A stretch of 64,000 nt of DNA from a virus (taxonomy: Duplodnaviria > Caudoviricetes). Both the position numbers and the translations under genes were made by a program. This document shows, piece after piece, positions 27,589 through 38,033 of this stretch (the stretch's first letter is position 1; each line of letters starts with the position of its first letter). The notes under the pieces are model-generated. The model did not search any database. It was not told the DNA's origin and was given only the letters and a program-made list of their open reading frames with translations. Location of the stretch: positions 160,001 to 224,000 of IMG/VR virus record IMGVR_UViG_3300011678_000001; one strand, written 5' to 3'.

Positions 27589-28290
27589 TTATGCCCGTCT
27601 CCATGTAGGATACGTATCTAGTGAGGTACGGTACCTAACCACTGTTTCTGATACACCGAGCGAGTTCGCAGCAGCTCGAATGCTCGGGTACTCAGCACCG
27701 TCGATTATAACGACCTGTCTGTTGACAATGTCGCTCTCGGCTCTAGGGCCTCTATTTAGTGCCGCCTGACGTATACGATCTTTGTGGTCATCCGAGAACA
27801 CACGGCCCTTTGATGCAGCCCCTATCTTGCTCTTCGTCTCATCTGACATAGGCGGTCGTTTCAGCGCTGCAACAGATAGTCTCCGTTTAGTCTCTTCGCT
27901 CTTCGGGCGACCTCGGTGAGCATTACCTATCTTCTCTCTTATCTCCTCAGGCATCCCATCACTCCACAAGGAGATAGACCCCGTGCCAATGTTAGCGCAG
28001 TCAGGATCATTCTTATTGAAACGAAGCAATGACTGCTCCAGTACTTTGGACTTCTCTGGGGTGTCTACTTGAATGTATTCGACCTCAACGTTGTCCCAGT
28101 GAGTGAATCCTTCTTGCATCTTGGTGTTAGGGTGCCGTCCTGCTTGAAGACGTAATTTGTGTTCTTGAAGTCTACGCTCAAGATTACTGGTGCTTCCGAC
28201 GTAGAAACGGTCGGTCTGGGTGTCTGTGATTTTGTAAGCCGCAATAATGGATTCATCTGCGCTCATGGAGTACCTCGTGCGATCAACCAT
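27589..28290 (-). CDS. free-standing GIY-YIG homing endonuclease with NUMOD3-like repeats
   Basis: AYKI...FYVGST.NL..R..EH; SEETKRRLS/SDETKSKIG repeats; C-terminal YPSIRAAA HTH. Confidence 0.85.
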   Translation of the reverse strand: MVDRTRYSMSADESIIAAYKITDTQTDRFYVGSTSNLERRLQEHKLRLQAGRHPNTKMQEGFTHWDNVEVEYIQVDTPEKSKVLEQSLLRFNKNDPDCANIGTGSISLWSDGMPEEIREKIGNAHRGRPKSEETKRRLSVAALKRPPMSDETKSKIGAASKGRVFSDDHKDRIRQAALNRGPRAESDIVNRQVVIIDGAEYPSIRAAANSLGVSETVVRYRTSLDTYPTWRRA

Positions 28291-28301
28291 GGATCATGTC
28301 A

Positions 28302-28309
28302 ATAATGTA
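28302..28309 (-). promoter_or_regulatory. putative early promoter core
   Basis: TACATTAT immediately upstream of the endonuclease. Confidence 0.55.
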
Positions 28310-28372
28310 TCATCACAATATTCTTTATTCATCCTCTCTTACTACGGGAAATAACAAAGAAAAAACATAAGG

Positions 28373-28390
28373 GGAGGGCCGAAGCCCTCC
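28373..28390 (-). terminator. intrinsic terminator with UUCG loop
   Basis: GGAGGGC-TTCG-GCCCTCC followed by a T-rich tract. Confidence 0.8.
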
Positions 28391-28402
28391 TCTTATGCCG
28401 TG

Positions 28403-28687
28403 TCACCTGCCAGCTACCACATCGGTGAGTACATCGATGACGTGGGGCATTTTTTGATCGGCTACGCGCTTTGACCGTTTAGCCATGGCGATAAAATCCA
28501 GGCCGCCAGTCTTTTCATTGTAGACCCCAGACTGGATTAGACTGGCATGCATGTGACGAACCTCAGCCCGCCATCTGAGCTTACCAGCCAGAGACAAGTT
28601 CTGGTACCGATGTCGCATCTTGCGCTTGATACGAGGATGAGCCGGGAACTTAAAATCGACCAAGTCGTGTATGTACAACCCCTTCAT
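28403..28687 (-). CDS. small basic hypothetical protein
   Basis: 94 aa, AGGAG RBS. Confidence 0.65.
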   Translation of the reverse strand: MKGLYIHDLVDFKFPAHPRIKRKMRHRYQNLSLAGKLRWRAEVRHMHASLIQSGVYNEKTGGLDFIAMAKRSKRVADQKMPHVIDVLTDVVAGR

Positions 28688-28701
28688 CGCAGTGGCTCCT
28701 G

Positions 28702-29295
28702 TTACAGGTTATCGATCTCTTTACGCTGCTCGGCTAACTCATCATTAAACGCATCCAGGTACAGCTTCGGATACCGTGCGTACCCACCGGTACCAAACTT
28801 CTCTTTGATGTGTTGAATCGACGGCATCACTGCCGCATTGAACGAATCGCCCTTACCCATCCGGTATTGAACCGCCCGCTCTACCATCGCAGGTACATTT
28901 CCTGGAAGCTCCCGGTCTGCGGCACACATCAGTTCAGCGAACTGGCAGGTAAACGGATCTTTACCTGAAGCCCGATGTTCACGACACCCAGCCGCTACCA
29001 ATTCACGTTGATGCTCGGTCAACGTATCGACCAGATCATAATCGGTGGTCATGATCCACTCAGCGCTTAACAAGTGATGATTGAACCGACTCCACGCAAA
29101 CATGTCATGGAAGAACGCTGAGAACAGGATCAGTACCGGTTCATGCTCCAGCCCTAAGCGGTTATTGATTTCATTGGCACACACTTCCACTGCACTGAAA
29201 TGCTTGAATCGATGGGCTTCATCATTGATCTCCCATGCCTTTGAGAAATCCTGCACAATCGCATCACGAATCGAATCGAGTTTAATGTTTAACAC
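28702..29295 (-). CDS. HD-domain phosphohydrolase
   Basis: AHRFKHF...FFHDMF...NHH...REH...AD metal-ligand pattern. Confidence 0.8.
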   Translation of the reverse strand: MLNIKLDSIRDAIVQDFSKAWEINDEAHRFKHFSAVEVCANEINNRLGLEHEPVLILFSAFFHDMFAWSRFNHHLLSAEWIMTTDYDLVDTLTEHQRELVAAGCREHRASGKDPFTCQFAELMCAADRELPGNVPAMVERAVQYRMGKGDSFNAAVMPSIQHIKEKFGTGGYARYPKLYLDAFNDELAEQRKEIDNL

Positions 29296-29410
29296 GGTTA
29301 CAGTTCCTCACTGTGGGATATTCACGTGAATGATGTAGGGTCCAGATGCGCTGGAATCAAAGAAAAAAAACAGCGATGATGCCGGGGGCCCTAAGACCCC
29401 CTGATCGGCA

Positions 29411-29572
29411 TTAGAACGAGAAGTTACGCTTCATGACCCAAAGGCCACTGTTGTAATCTTCTTCGCGCTGCTTTTGTTCAGACTCAAGACGCTCAACTTC
29501 AGAATCGAATTCGTTCATCAGTTCGTCAAGGGACAGGGTAGCAAAGTTGGATGTAGTGTTAGTGCAAGGCAT
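29411..29572 (-). CDS. small acidic early protein (53 aa)
   Basis: Hand translation MPCTNTTSNFATLSLDELMNEFDSEVERLESEQKQREEDYNSGLWVMKRNFSF; GGAG RBS; has its own promoter motif and terminator hairpin. Confidence 0.65.
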   Translation of the reverse strand: MPCTNTTSNFATLSLDELMNEFDSEVERLESEQKQREEDYNSGLWVMKRNFSF

Positions 29573-29698
29573 GAGAGTCAACTCCATGTAAGGTTAATTG
29601 GAAGATCGTTCTTCCTACTCACTGCTAATATGTATCGTTGAAATAATTTCGAATCGAATAAACGAGGGGCTTCCTAGCCCCTCGCTATGTCGACTCTG

Positions 29699-30700
29699 TT
29701 AGACGGTACCAGGTTGTCCTGCCAGCTCGAGTTCGTGTGCGGTCAGTGCTTTGTCGATAAGGCTGTCCATGTCAGCCAAGAGGTCGTTCACCAACAACGG
29801 GTTCTTCCACCAGTTGTAGACACTGCGTCCACGGTGGCGCTCGAAGGGGGTGCCTTCCTTCTTCTCCTGTACATCGACGGTCAGCAGTAAACTTTCATGG
29901 AAATTCCAGTCACGCTGGGTGTTGAAGGACAGGGTGTAGTCTTTCCAGTCGATCGTTGCAAAACTGTACTCGCCCTTGCCGTACAGACCAGCGTTGACCA
30001 AGTGGCGCAGTTGGATGAGGGGGTGATCCCCCGGCAATTCGATTGGAGCGTCTTTGGTACCGAAATAGTGGTGGATGAGCAGGGCCTTAGGCTCTTCTAC
30101 CGGCCGGCGCTCCGGACCGACCAGGAACTCGAACATAGGACTGTACAACACCCTGTCCAAGTAAGCAGAGTCGACTTCAACGGTATAGGGTTCGTGGAAC
30201 AGTGGACCGTTCACCTCACCCCGACCGAGGGTAACATTCGGCAGCCTCAAGCTCAGTGCACAATCCTTCCAGGAGATATGGACCTCAAGGGATTCAAAGT
30301 CGATGCGGGCAAAGGTCGTGAGGGTGGCTTCGTCTGTCGTGAGCTCGAGGGTCGTTTGGGACAGTCCTCGGTACTCACGGGCATATTTCACGATGCCCGC
30401 CAAAGGCCGATCACACGAGCCATACCACTGCTGCTGACCAATCGATTTCAATATCCCTTCAGGCAGAGCGTGGGTCTGTTTATATTGGAGCGCGTACAGT
30501 TTGGCCGCTTCCGTCTTACCGTACAGCGCTTCATCACGCTGTGTCATGAGCATGATGCCGACCAGGTTCTGCAGGTTGGCCTGAAGGCCATAAAAGACCC
30601 CAGACAGCTGCGGGTACGCTGAAAAGGCATGGCCGTCATTCAGGCTGCCGGCCAGGGTCTCGATGGCTTTTGCAATAGCTAGTTCGTTACTGGGGATCAT
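29699..30700 (-). CDS. hypothetical protein
   Basis: 333 aa, AAGGAG RBS. Confidence 0.75.
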   Translation of the reverse strand: MIPSNELAIAKAIETLAGSLNDGHAFSAYPQLSGVFYGLQANLQNLVGIMLMTQRDEALYGKTEAAKLYALQYKQTHALPEGILKSIGQQQWYGSCDRPLAGIVKYAREYRGLSQTTLELTTDEATLTTFARIDFESLEVHISWKDCALSLRLPNVTLGRGEVNGPLFHEPYTVEVDSAYLDRVLYSPMFEFLVGPERRPVEEPKALLIHHYFGTKDAPIELPGDHPLIQLRHLVNAGLYGKGEYSFATIDWKDYTLSFNTQRDWNFHESLLLTVDVQEKKEGTPFERHRGRSVYNWWKNPLLVNDLLADMDSLIDKALTAHELELAGQPGTV

Positions 30701-30790
30701 GGCTAGTCTCCTTGAGGCGGATTGGTCTGTACAGATAGGTCGGGTTGGTTTTTGGTGACTCGCAAAATAGGAGAGGGGCCGAAGCCCCTT

Positions 30791-31522
30791 TTAGGAGTCC
30801 AGGTAAAAGTACTCTGGGAATCGTTCGTCTTCAATCCTAACTATGATAGTACGGCGAGTAACTCTAATAGCCTCAGCAGCCCGCTGAGCGTTACTGTAAA
30901 CGACACCGTTCATACTGACCTTCTTGCTTGCTGTACCGCTTCTGGCAAGTTGAGCAGCACGCATGTTGGCACGATGCTCATCGCTGAATACACGCCCCTT
31001 TACACGTTCGCGACTGTTGGCTATACGTAGCTTCTCCCTGGTCTCTTCAGAGATCGGAGGGCGGTTCCGATAGACAGATGGGTCTCGTGCCAATGCACGT
31101 TCTCTCATTAGTGCGATAGTTTCAGGAGAATGTTTCTTCCCCGACATGTAAGTATTGCCTGCATGAAGCGTTTTGTTGCGCTCTGACGTAGCCTCACGCC
31201 AGTTACGGGGCATCGTGCCGGGTTTCCAGCTATTGATTGCATCGTTCAATCGATTTAGACAATCTGGATGTCCTACATGGAGATCGAGCTCAGATTGCTC
31301 AATGATGTACGCGGCATCCCGATCTGGAGTCGTAACGAATTCAATGTGTATATCTTGATCATCATCGTACAAGGACTGGAGTTGATGATTCTTGTGTATA
31401 CCGGCCCGCAGATGTGACAGATGTACGTGGAAGCGTTCGTACAGGTTGACTGTACTTCCAATGTAGAATTTACCAGAACTGATGTGATTGAGGATATAGC
31501 ATCCAGGTTCTCGTGGAATCAT
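30791..31522 (-). CDS. free-standing GIY-YIG homing endonuclease
   Basis: GCYIL...FYIGST.NLYERF..H; KHSPETIALM/SEETREKL NUMOD3-like repeats. Confidence 0.85.
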   Translation of the reverse strand: MIPREPGCYILNHISSGKFYIGSTVNLYERFHVHLSHLRAGIHKNHQLQSLYDDDQDIHIEFVTTPDRDAAYIIEQSELDLHVGHPDCLNRLNDAINSWKPGTMPRNWREATSERNKTLHAGNTYMSGKKHSPETIALMRERALARDPSVYRNRPPISEETREKLRIANSRERVKGRVFSDEHRANMRAAQLARSGTASKKVSMNGVVYSNAQRAAEAIRVTRRTIIVRIEDERFPEYFYLDS

Positions 31523-31569
31523 GGCTGGTTCCTTTCGGAATAAAAAGAGGGCCCGAAGGCCCTCATGAT

Positions 31570-33120
31570 CTAGCGGAGCGACAGTGTGTATTTCGAAATT
31601 ACTTTCATGTGACTGACCACCTTATTTCTGAAGAATTCCTCTTTGTTACGTCCATATTTTTGATGCTGCTCAATCTCGATGCAGCCGAAGTAAATGAACT
31701 CCGGGGTGACATCTGGCCAGTCTTTCAGTGGACGGGTCCGACCTAATACCTGCTCGTTGGACTGCCGTGAATCAATGGCGGTCGTCATGAAACTGGTGCG
31801 CAGGTTCTTGATGTCAATGGCGGTACCGCCAGAACCAATGGTGGTCACGCCGACATCGGCTTCGAGCAGTTCTTCGTACGAGTCGCCTTCAGATCCCACG
31901 TACCGAACGACGTTCAGCTCCGGGTACATCTTCTTCAAGCGTTCGACCATCAGGGTGCACATGTCCACACGGGCAAAGAACACCAGTGCCTTCTGTCCTT
32001 CCTCACGGACCGAGACGTAGCGGTTGTAGATCGCGTGGTCAATGATCTTAAGGTAGGACTTGAGCAAGCCCTTGTGTCGCATGATCGATTCTTCGAACGT
32101 GGTGTGCGAGTAGCCCTGCGCGCCCATGTAACGGACTTTGACGTCCGGGTCCATGTGGTACATGATGGCGGTCACCCCGATGTAGACGTTGTAACCTCCG
32201 CCGTCGTTCCGTTGCATGACCGGGTAGGCGATGTCATACATCTTGTTCTTGAACGCATCCGAACTGGTCATAGTCGCTGACAACCCAAGGGACTTGGGCA
32301 AATGCGTATATAGATCAATGCGGTAGTTGTTGTGGAATTCCTGGTGTAGCTCGTCAGTTACCCGGAACCCGATCCCCAGTTTGGGATAGAAATCGATGGG
32401 TTTGATCGGATAAACTTTGGTCGAACCATTGGTCTCCTCGTAATGCTTGATGTAATCGCGCATCGTGGCGGAGGTGACGATGATTACCTTGGCTTCCAGC
32501 GTACCTTCAAGTGCCATGGTCTGAAGGGCAATAAGGTCTTTTGACCCACGCACGATCAGGAACTCGCCTCGCTTGAACGTAAAGGTTTCTTCAAGGTCAT
32601 TCTTCCAGCGCTCCACATACCCACCTTTGAAGTGAATCATCGTACGCAGGGAGAGCTGGTTCATGCAGTACTGGGCGATAAAGGTCTTTCCTTGCCCAGT
32701 CTGGAGGGTCACCATCTTGATGATGGGGTCGTATTTAGGGTTCTCATTATCCAATACGTACTCGATAATTCCCACCTGGATAGGACGAGGCGGGAACATC
32801 TTGCGGACATCGAACGTGACCTTGGGGAGGTCTTCAACCTTCACAACGTGGTGCACAATCGGCACCAAGTGTTCAGCATACCCGAAATTCTTAAACAGGT
32901 GGTGTTTCAGCGAACTCAATTGATTCCGATGAAAACTGAACTCTCGGCGATTGCGAGTCGCCGCTGCGAAGGTCCGCATCCCTTTCGGAATGAACTTCTT
33001 GCCTTTCTTCTCGAAGCCATACTCGATGAGGGGTTTACAGAACGACAACATGGCTTGCAAGTCGCGCTCTGTAATCACGTCGGATATTTTAATCGCGTGA
33101 CTGTAGACATCAATTTTCAT
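31570..33120 (-). CDS. superfamily 2 helicase
   Basis: LQTGQGKT, DELH, LSAT and QVLGRTR motifs. Confidence 0.9.
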   Translation of the reverse strand: MKIDVYSHAIKISDVITERDLQAMLSFCKPLIEYGFEKKGKKFIPKGMRTFAAATRNRREFSFHRNQLSSLKHHLFKNFGYAEHLVPIVHHVVKVEDLPKVTFDVRKMFPPRPIQVGIIEYVLDNENPKYDPIIKMVTLQTGQGKTFIAQYCMNQLSLRTMIHFKGGYVERWKNDLEETFTFKRGEFLIVRGSKDLIALQTMALEGTLEAKVIIVTSATMRDYIKHYEETNGSTKVYPIKPIDFYPKLGIGFRVTDELHQEFHNNYRIDLYTHLPKSLGLSATMTSSDAFKNKMYDIAYPVMQRNDGGGYNVYIGVTAIMYHMDPDVKVRYMGAQGYSHTTFEESIMRHKGLLKSYLKIIDHAIYNRYVSVREEGQKALVFFARVDMCTLMVERLKKMYPELNVVRYVGSEGDSYEELLEADVGVTTIGSGGTAIDIKNLRTSFMTTAIDSRQSNEQVLGRTRPLKDWPDVTPEFIYFGCIEIEQHQKYGRNKEEFFRNKVVSHMKVISKYTLSLR

Positions 33121-33233
33121 TGGGATACCCTGCGTCGCGCATATGCTGTTTTACATATGAAACCCTGATAAGATGATAAAAAACTAAGTCCATTGTTGTC
33201 CAAGGACGTCCGAAGACGTCCACGTGGGTGGGG

Positions 33234-33533
33234 TTAATTTGTTGCCGGCCAGTGAACTTTTAAATCAAAGTAAGCCGTGACACGCAATTCTTCTTCAGAC
33301 CTGGTGCTCTGGTCTTTTCGAGACCAGCGTACGGTATTGGTGTCCGGGTCTACCTCAATGTCGAATTTAGGGTTGTCGTTTTCAATCTCGGCACGATCAA
33401 GACGAATACTCAAACCACGCTGCAGTTCCATTCCGCGATTGACGAAGAAGTCGTCTACTCTAAGTCGTCCGCTAAGGCCAGCTTTGCAACTAAGTTTAAC
33501 TTCAGTGACGGTGGGCATAATACCTCCAAGCAA
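33234..33533 (-). CDS. hypothetical protein
   Basis: GGAGG RBS before the internal ATG (MPTVTE). Confidence 0.6.
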   Translation of the reverse strand: MLGGIMPTVTEVKLSCKAGLSGRLRVDDFFVNRGMELQRGLSIRLDRAEIENDNPKFDIEVDPDTNTVRWSRKDQSTRSEEELRVTAYFDLKVHWPATN

Positions 33534-33540
33534 ATAGAAA

Positions 33541-33558
33541 GGAGGGCCGAAGCCCTCC
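33541..33558 (-). terminator. intrinsic terminator with UUCG loop
   Basis: GGAGGGC-TTCG-GCCCTCC-TTTCT. Confidence 0.8.
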
Positions 33559-33563
33559 TATGG

Positions 33564-35675
33564 TTAGATGATTTCCGGGAACACGAACGGATCGAGCAAT
33601 CCGGCTGGCCGCTTGGTGATCAAGTAGCTGTCCGGGTCTTCGATCATGTCCGGCTGACGCTCGTACGCCAACTGCTGACCGTCGGAACGGTACTGCATCA
33701 GGGTACGGTGCTCTTCGAACTTAGACGGCCGGTCAAAGGCCGGCAGGCAGTAATCGTCCGGGTCGTCGGCAGGGCGCATCAGACTGAGCAGGATCACTTC
33801 CAGGTGAGCGACGTTCACACGCAGCTTGGAGTTGACCAGGTCACTGAAGTCCAGCAGAGCGGCTACCGGGTCATCATACCCCGTCAGCATCTTACCGGAG
33901 AATCCATTGCGTTCTGACTTCTTCGCCGGAGACCGGATGAACGCCTCAACCGCTGCCATGAAGTCCAAGGTGGACGCGTGGCGACGCGGCAGAGAGAACG
34001 CCGGTTGTGCGAAGTCCCAGTGAGCCAGGTCGATACAGAAGTTCCCGTACTCATCGACGGTGTAGCCATGTTCCTGAACGTAGTACAGCATCACACGGGA
34101 AAGCGAAGCCAGACGCGCGCCCTGACTGACAGGAATGAACACCGAGGTGGTCTCTTCCCGCAGGTTGGTGACACGGATCTGTACTTCACGGAACGAGGTA
34201 AAGCGGTGGATGTTCAGCCGCTCGATCGCCGTTTCCTTGTTGATACCGACCAGACCCGATCCGTTCTCCATGTTCTTGTCCTGCGAGGCTGCCAGGATCA
34301 GAACCGGAGACATCTTCTTCAGCCGTGGGTTGAGCTTCAACAGTGAACTGTCCTTGGTCGAGGTGGGCAGTTCTTCACCCAGCAACTCCTCGGTACGGCG
34401 CTGAGCCTGTTGCATGGCGGCCGGATTGCCGGCTTCACTGATGAGGGTATCGGTTTCCTCAGGGTCTGCGGCGCAGATGTCGATGTACGGTAGGTACTCC
34501 TCGGGGATGATGATCTCTTCCACCACGGAGCTACCGTCCAAGTGCTTGACCGACAGAGTCCGCTGGGAACCTTCCCGGCAGAGTTCGGTGGCGCAGACGT
34601 GACCCAGTGAGGTTTCCCGTGGGACCGACCAAGCCAGTTCACCAAAGCACACGTGACACACAGCACCCTCGCCCCGGTGACGGCAGAACATACCTGAACG
34701 CATCTGGATGGTCTTACCCACCAAGTGACGGTCTTCAGCCCGTACCGCTTTGAGCTTGCCATCGTCAGCCAAGTAGATCTTGCCTTCCAGGTGCTGCAGG
34801 ATCACCGAGTCCACCGGAATCGATGCGTACCGATCCGAGCCACAGTCATCCCAGATCAGCTTGTCGACCACGGTCGTGGACAACTGCATCTTCCGGTTGA
34901 AGTACTCGACGATTCGCAGCGGCTTCTTGGTAAACAGCAAAGCTTTCTTCGCCGAGCACGACTCAATCATGATGTCGTGTAGCTTGGTCAGGCCCTCGAA
35001 GTACCCGGTGGTAATCGGCTTACGGAAGATCACCTGGTCAATGTCGGTCAGGTAACCCCGGCAGATCAGGATCTGAAGGAACTGGGCAATCTTGATCTGC
35101 TTACTGCGCAGGCCACGGACGATCGGGTTGTGCAGGATCGCTGGGTCCTTCATCAGGACTTCAGTGGCACGGTCGTACGCGGTGGTGATGCTGAGTTGGT
35201 TCGGGCGCAACGCCTGACGAATCTCCACGATGGGCGGATAGTCGTACAGTTCCAGCAGGTGGAACGCGTTGATCGAAACCTGCCATTCCTCCAGGTTAAT
35301 GCTGAGCTTGTTGTAGATCTCGTTGCCGATGTCCTTGACCACGCGCCAGGCGTCTTCACGGTCATAGCACGCGTCATGGTTGGAATGCTCGACACCTGGG
35401 GTGAAGTAGGTGTAGTGCAAATCCCGCATGATGTTGGAGATGGTCTTGGGTACCGTCTCAGCGCTGGGGAACCCATTGCCGATATGGTGCGAGACATTGA
35501 GCGGGGTGCGCGGAAACTGCCGGTGCAATTCCCAGCAGAACCAGCTCAAGGAGGTCCGACGCGTGGTGGTCTGCAAAACCCCATCGTCAAACTCGATCTC
35601 GAGCTTTTCATCCGGCAGTGGCCATGCTGCCAAGATGTCTTGGTTCATGAAGTTACGAGCAATGATACGGCGCAT
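33564..35675 (-). CDS. non-virion RNA polymerase beta' C-terminal subunit (phiKZ gp74-like)
   Basis: DDCGS, FCRH...VCHVCFG Zn site, trigger-loop-like SQRTLSVKH, HLEVIL; GGAG RBS before MRRII. Confidence 0.85.
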   Translation of the reverse strand: MRRIIARNFMNQDILAAWPLPDEKLEIEFDDGVLQTTTRRTSLSWFCWELHRQFPRTPLNVSHHIGNGFPSAETVPKTISNIMRDLHYTYFTPGVEHSNHDACYDREDAWRVVKDIGNEIYNKLSINLEEWQVSINAFHLLELYDYPPIVEIRQALRPNQLSITTAYDRATEVLMKDPAILHNPIVRGLRSKQIKIAQFLQILICRGYLTDIDQVIFRKPITTGYFEGLTKLHDIMIESCSAKKALLFTKKPLRIVEYFNRKMQLSTTVVDKLIWDDCGSDRYASIPVDSVILQHLEGKIYLADDGKLKAVRAEDRHLVGKTIQMRSGMFCRHRGEGAVCHVCFGELAWSVPRETSLGHVCATELCREGSQRTLSVKHLDGSSVVEEIIIPEEYLPYIDICAADPEETDTLISEAGNPAAMQQAQRRTEELLGEELPTSTKDSSLLKLNPRLKKMSPVLILAASQDKNMENGSGLVGINKETAIERLNIHRFTSFREVQIRVTNLREETTSVFIPVSQGARLASLSRVMLYYVQEHGYTVDEYGNFCIDLAHWDFAQPAFSLPRRHASTLDFMAAVEAFIRSPAKKSERNGFSGKMLTGYDDPVAALLDFSDLVNSKLRVNVAHLEVILLSLMRPADDPDDYCLPAFDRPSKFEEHRTLMQYRSDGQQLAYERQPDMIEDPDSYLITKRPAGLLDPFVFPEII

Positions 35676-35721
35676 CGCTTTCTCCGTTGAGTGCGGGTGG
35701 TAAACCACCCGCTATAGGTTG

Positions 35722-37947
35722 CTATTCGTTGGTGAGTTCTTTACCAGAACACTGGAACATGTGACGCATGTACGCCAATGGCCGGTGCCCGCCAACCGGT
35801 ACGACTTTCCGGTCCAGCACTTCCGGAATGTTCGTCGGGGTTGGGTGGGTCAACAGCCGACGCAACACGAACTTGTGCGCAATCGGGTTGTTACTGGCAT
35901 CCTTCTGGTCTGCAATGGCTTCACCACCACAGGTCGCAGCTTCCGAGCGGTACTCGGACTCACCGACACGAATGGACGACTGACGACCGGGAGAGTCGTA
36001 CTTGTCATTGTTGGACAGACGGGCAGTGGTACCAAAGACGTTACACTTCGCGGAGGAAGCGGCCATCCAGGAGTCTTCTGCTGTCTTCTCCAGGTTGATG
36101 TACCACGACGGCGCAATCAGCTGAGGCTCACGCGACACCTTCATGTTGCCATCACGACCCCGGAACCGCACAGGGGTAATGAACGGTGGCCAGCGCTCTT
36201 TGATCTGCCGAATAACGTCCGGCATGTTCACCGGGTTATCGGTTGGCATGTACAGGTACAGTCCGTACATGTGATCCAAAAGCACAGAGGCTACGTGGGT
36301 GTACATGAACTCCGGGTTCTGCTCACGGTACTTCGGGTCAACCAGGTCCTGGTACTGGAACGGCGCCACTACCTTGTAGAACTCCAGCAGCTCATTAAAC
36401 GCTGCTTCTACCAGGTCACGGTTCTCCGGGGTGTAGATGACGTCGTTGACTTCCTCCTCGGTGAGTTGCACGTTCTTATTAAAGCCGAAGGTTTCCTGAA
36501 TGCGTTTGCCCAGGTCCCGACCGGCCGCTGCCACGACCATCTCGATTGGCGACGCCGGGGTTTCCCGGTTCCACCGCGAGTTCGGGTCCACGACGATGTC
36601 AGCGACAACTCCGTTCTCATCGACCGGCATGTCTTCGTCAGGCACCACCTCCACCACAACCGACTTGTTCCCGTCAATGTCGGTGATCTTATAGCCTTTG
36701 TTGGGGACCGACAGGTACTTGAACGTGATCTCCACGCGCCAAGCATCCAGTTTCACCCCACGGTAGACTTTGTCGACCTTACCGCCACCGTCTTCACGCG
36801 CCTTGGTGTTGAACCCCCGATCGGGCTTGATGTAGTCAGGTCCAACCCGGCCGATGGCTTCTTTGACCAGTTGGCTAAACTCTGGCTCCAGACGCAAGGC
36901 CATGTTCCGCATGGACGCCCGCTTACGCAGGTCAACCCAGACGTCCACGATCTTGCGGTACCATTCGGTGTCCGCGTTGTAGTACTTGAGCAGCTGCTCT
37001 TCCATGCCAATGGGCAGCGGCGGAATGTTGATCGAGGTGTTACGCTCAACCTTGATGTCCACCACCTCAGCATCGATGTGCTGCACGAACCGCTTACGAT
37101 CAAAGATGTAGTCGGTCTGTTGCAACGCCTCGACGGTCATGTTCGACACAGCGCTGATCGGATCATACCGACGCAAGGCTACCAGCAAGCCGGTGGAATC
37201 AACCTTGTCGCCCAAATCCGGGAAGATCTTGTACTGGCCTGGAACGGTGGATTGGTTGGTCGGGTAGTACTCGCGCCCGAATTCGAAGACTCGCGTCTCA
37301 AATCCTGTGGGGGCCAGTGCTTTCATGTAGCCTGCCCGGACCTTGACACCGTCTTCAGTCCCTGCCACGTCAGAGGCCATCAACACGTTGGTCTCACGAC
37401 CGTACATGTAGTTGCCCTGTTCATCGATCAAAGGTGAATGCGCCAACTTCACCCCTTTCTTAAACCGCGCTCCCTTTCGCAGTTGATCCATCGCATCTCG
37501 GTTCCGCTTGAACTCCGTACCGAAATGTTGGTGCGTGACTTGGTAGTCCGTGAGCATCAGCACGCCAATCTCTGACGTGTTGTAGTTCTCGTAGATCACC
37601 GCTGTCTGTGGCGAATGTTTGATGCGATTGGCACCAGCGGTGTGGGCGAAGCGTGGAATGATCTCCAGCACCTCCACATCGTCTGGAAACTCAATCGAGA
37701 ACGTGGCTTGCCCGAACGCACGTTCCATCCCTGTCATGATGCGCTTGCGCATCGGTTCCTTAATAACAACCATCTGGGCAAGGTTGCCCGTGAACATGGC
37801 TGCACGTGAGGCCGAGATGTGCCGGATGAACGGATTGAGTCCGTACAACGACATCAGCTCAGGTCGCAGCTCTACGGGGTTATCAAGAGCTGGGCTCTGA
37901 TACCGCTGTTCTAATTGTTCTGCGACAGAAAGGTTAGTGTTAAGCAT
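35722..37947 (-). CDS. non-virion RNA polymerase beta C-terminal subunit (phiKZ gp71-73-like), uninterrupted
   Basis: SASRAAM..N..Q, TGMER, EDG, GYKITDIDGNKSVV, DMPVDENG..ADIVVDP and RVGESE motifs. Confidence 0.9.
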   Translation of the reverse strand: MLNTNLSVAEQLEQRYQSPALDNPVELRPELMSLYGLNPFIRHISASRAAMFTGNLAQMVVIKEPMRKRIMTGMERAFGQATFSIEFPDDVEVLEIIPRFAHTAGANRIKHSPQTAVIYENYNTSEIGVLMLTDYQVTHQHFGTEFKRNRDAMDQLRKGARFKKGVKLAHSPLIDEQGNYMYGRETNVLMASDVAGTEDGVKVRAGYMKALAPTGFETRVFEFGREYYPTNQSTVPGQYKIFPDLGDKVDSTGLLVALRRYDPISAVSNMTVEALQQTDYIFDRKRFVQHIDAEVVDIKVERNTSINIPPLPIGMEEQLLKYYNADTEWYRKIVDVWVDLRKRASMRNMALRLEPEFSQLVKEAIGRVGPDYIKPDRGFNTKAREDGGGKVDKVYRGVKLDAWRVEITFKYLSVPNKGYKITDIDGNKSVVVEVVPDEDMPVDENGVVADIVVDPNSRWNRETPASPIEMVVAAAGRDLGKRIQETFGFNKNVQLTEEEVNDVIYTPENRDLVEAAFNELLEFYKVVAPFQYQDLVDPKYREQNPEFMYTHVASVLLDHMYGLYLYMPTDNPVNMPDVIRQIKERWPPFITPVRFRGRDGNMKVSREPQLIAPSWYINLEKTAEDSWMAASSAKCNVFGTTARLSNNDKYDSPGRQSSIRVGESEYRSEAATCGGEAIADQKDASNNPIAHKFVLRRLLTHPTPTNIPEVLDRKVVPVGGHRPLAYMRHMFQCSGKELTNE

Positions 37948-37993
37948 CGGTTACTCCCATTATCCTACAGGTGAGCTATTGCTTACCATTTTA

Positions 37994-38020
37994 ATAATGT
38001 ATCGCTGAAGAAAATTCAAA
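37994..38020 (-). promoter_or_regulatory. putative early promoter
   Basis: TTTGAATTTTCTTCAGCGATACATTAT upstream of the nvRNAP beta gene. Confidence 0.65.
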
Positions 38021-38033
38021 CCAGGAGTTAGGC

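Noticed and set aside
12704-33558. Repeated GAGGGCCGAAGCCCTC elements as a mobile repeat family
   Set aside because: Positions after stop codons with T-tracts fit ordinary UUCG-loop intrinsic terminators.
35719-37437. 572-aa plus-strand ORF
   Set aside because: Antisense shadow of the nvRNAP beta gene.
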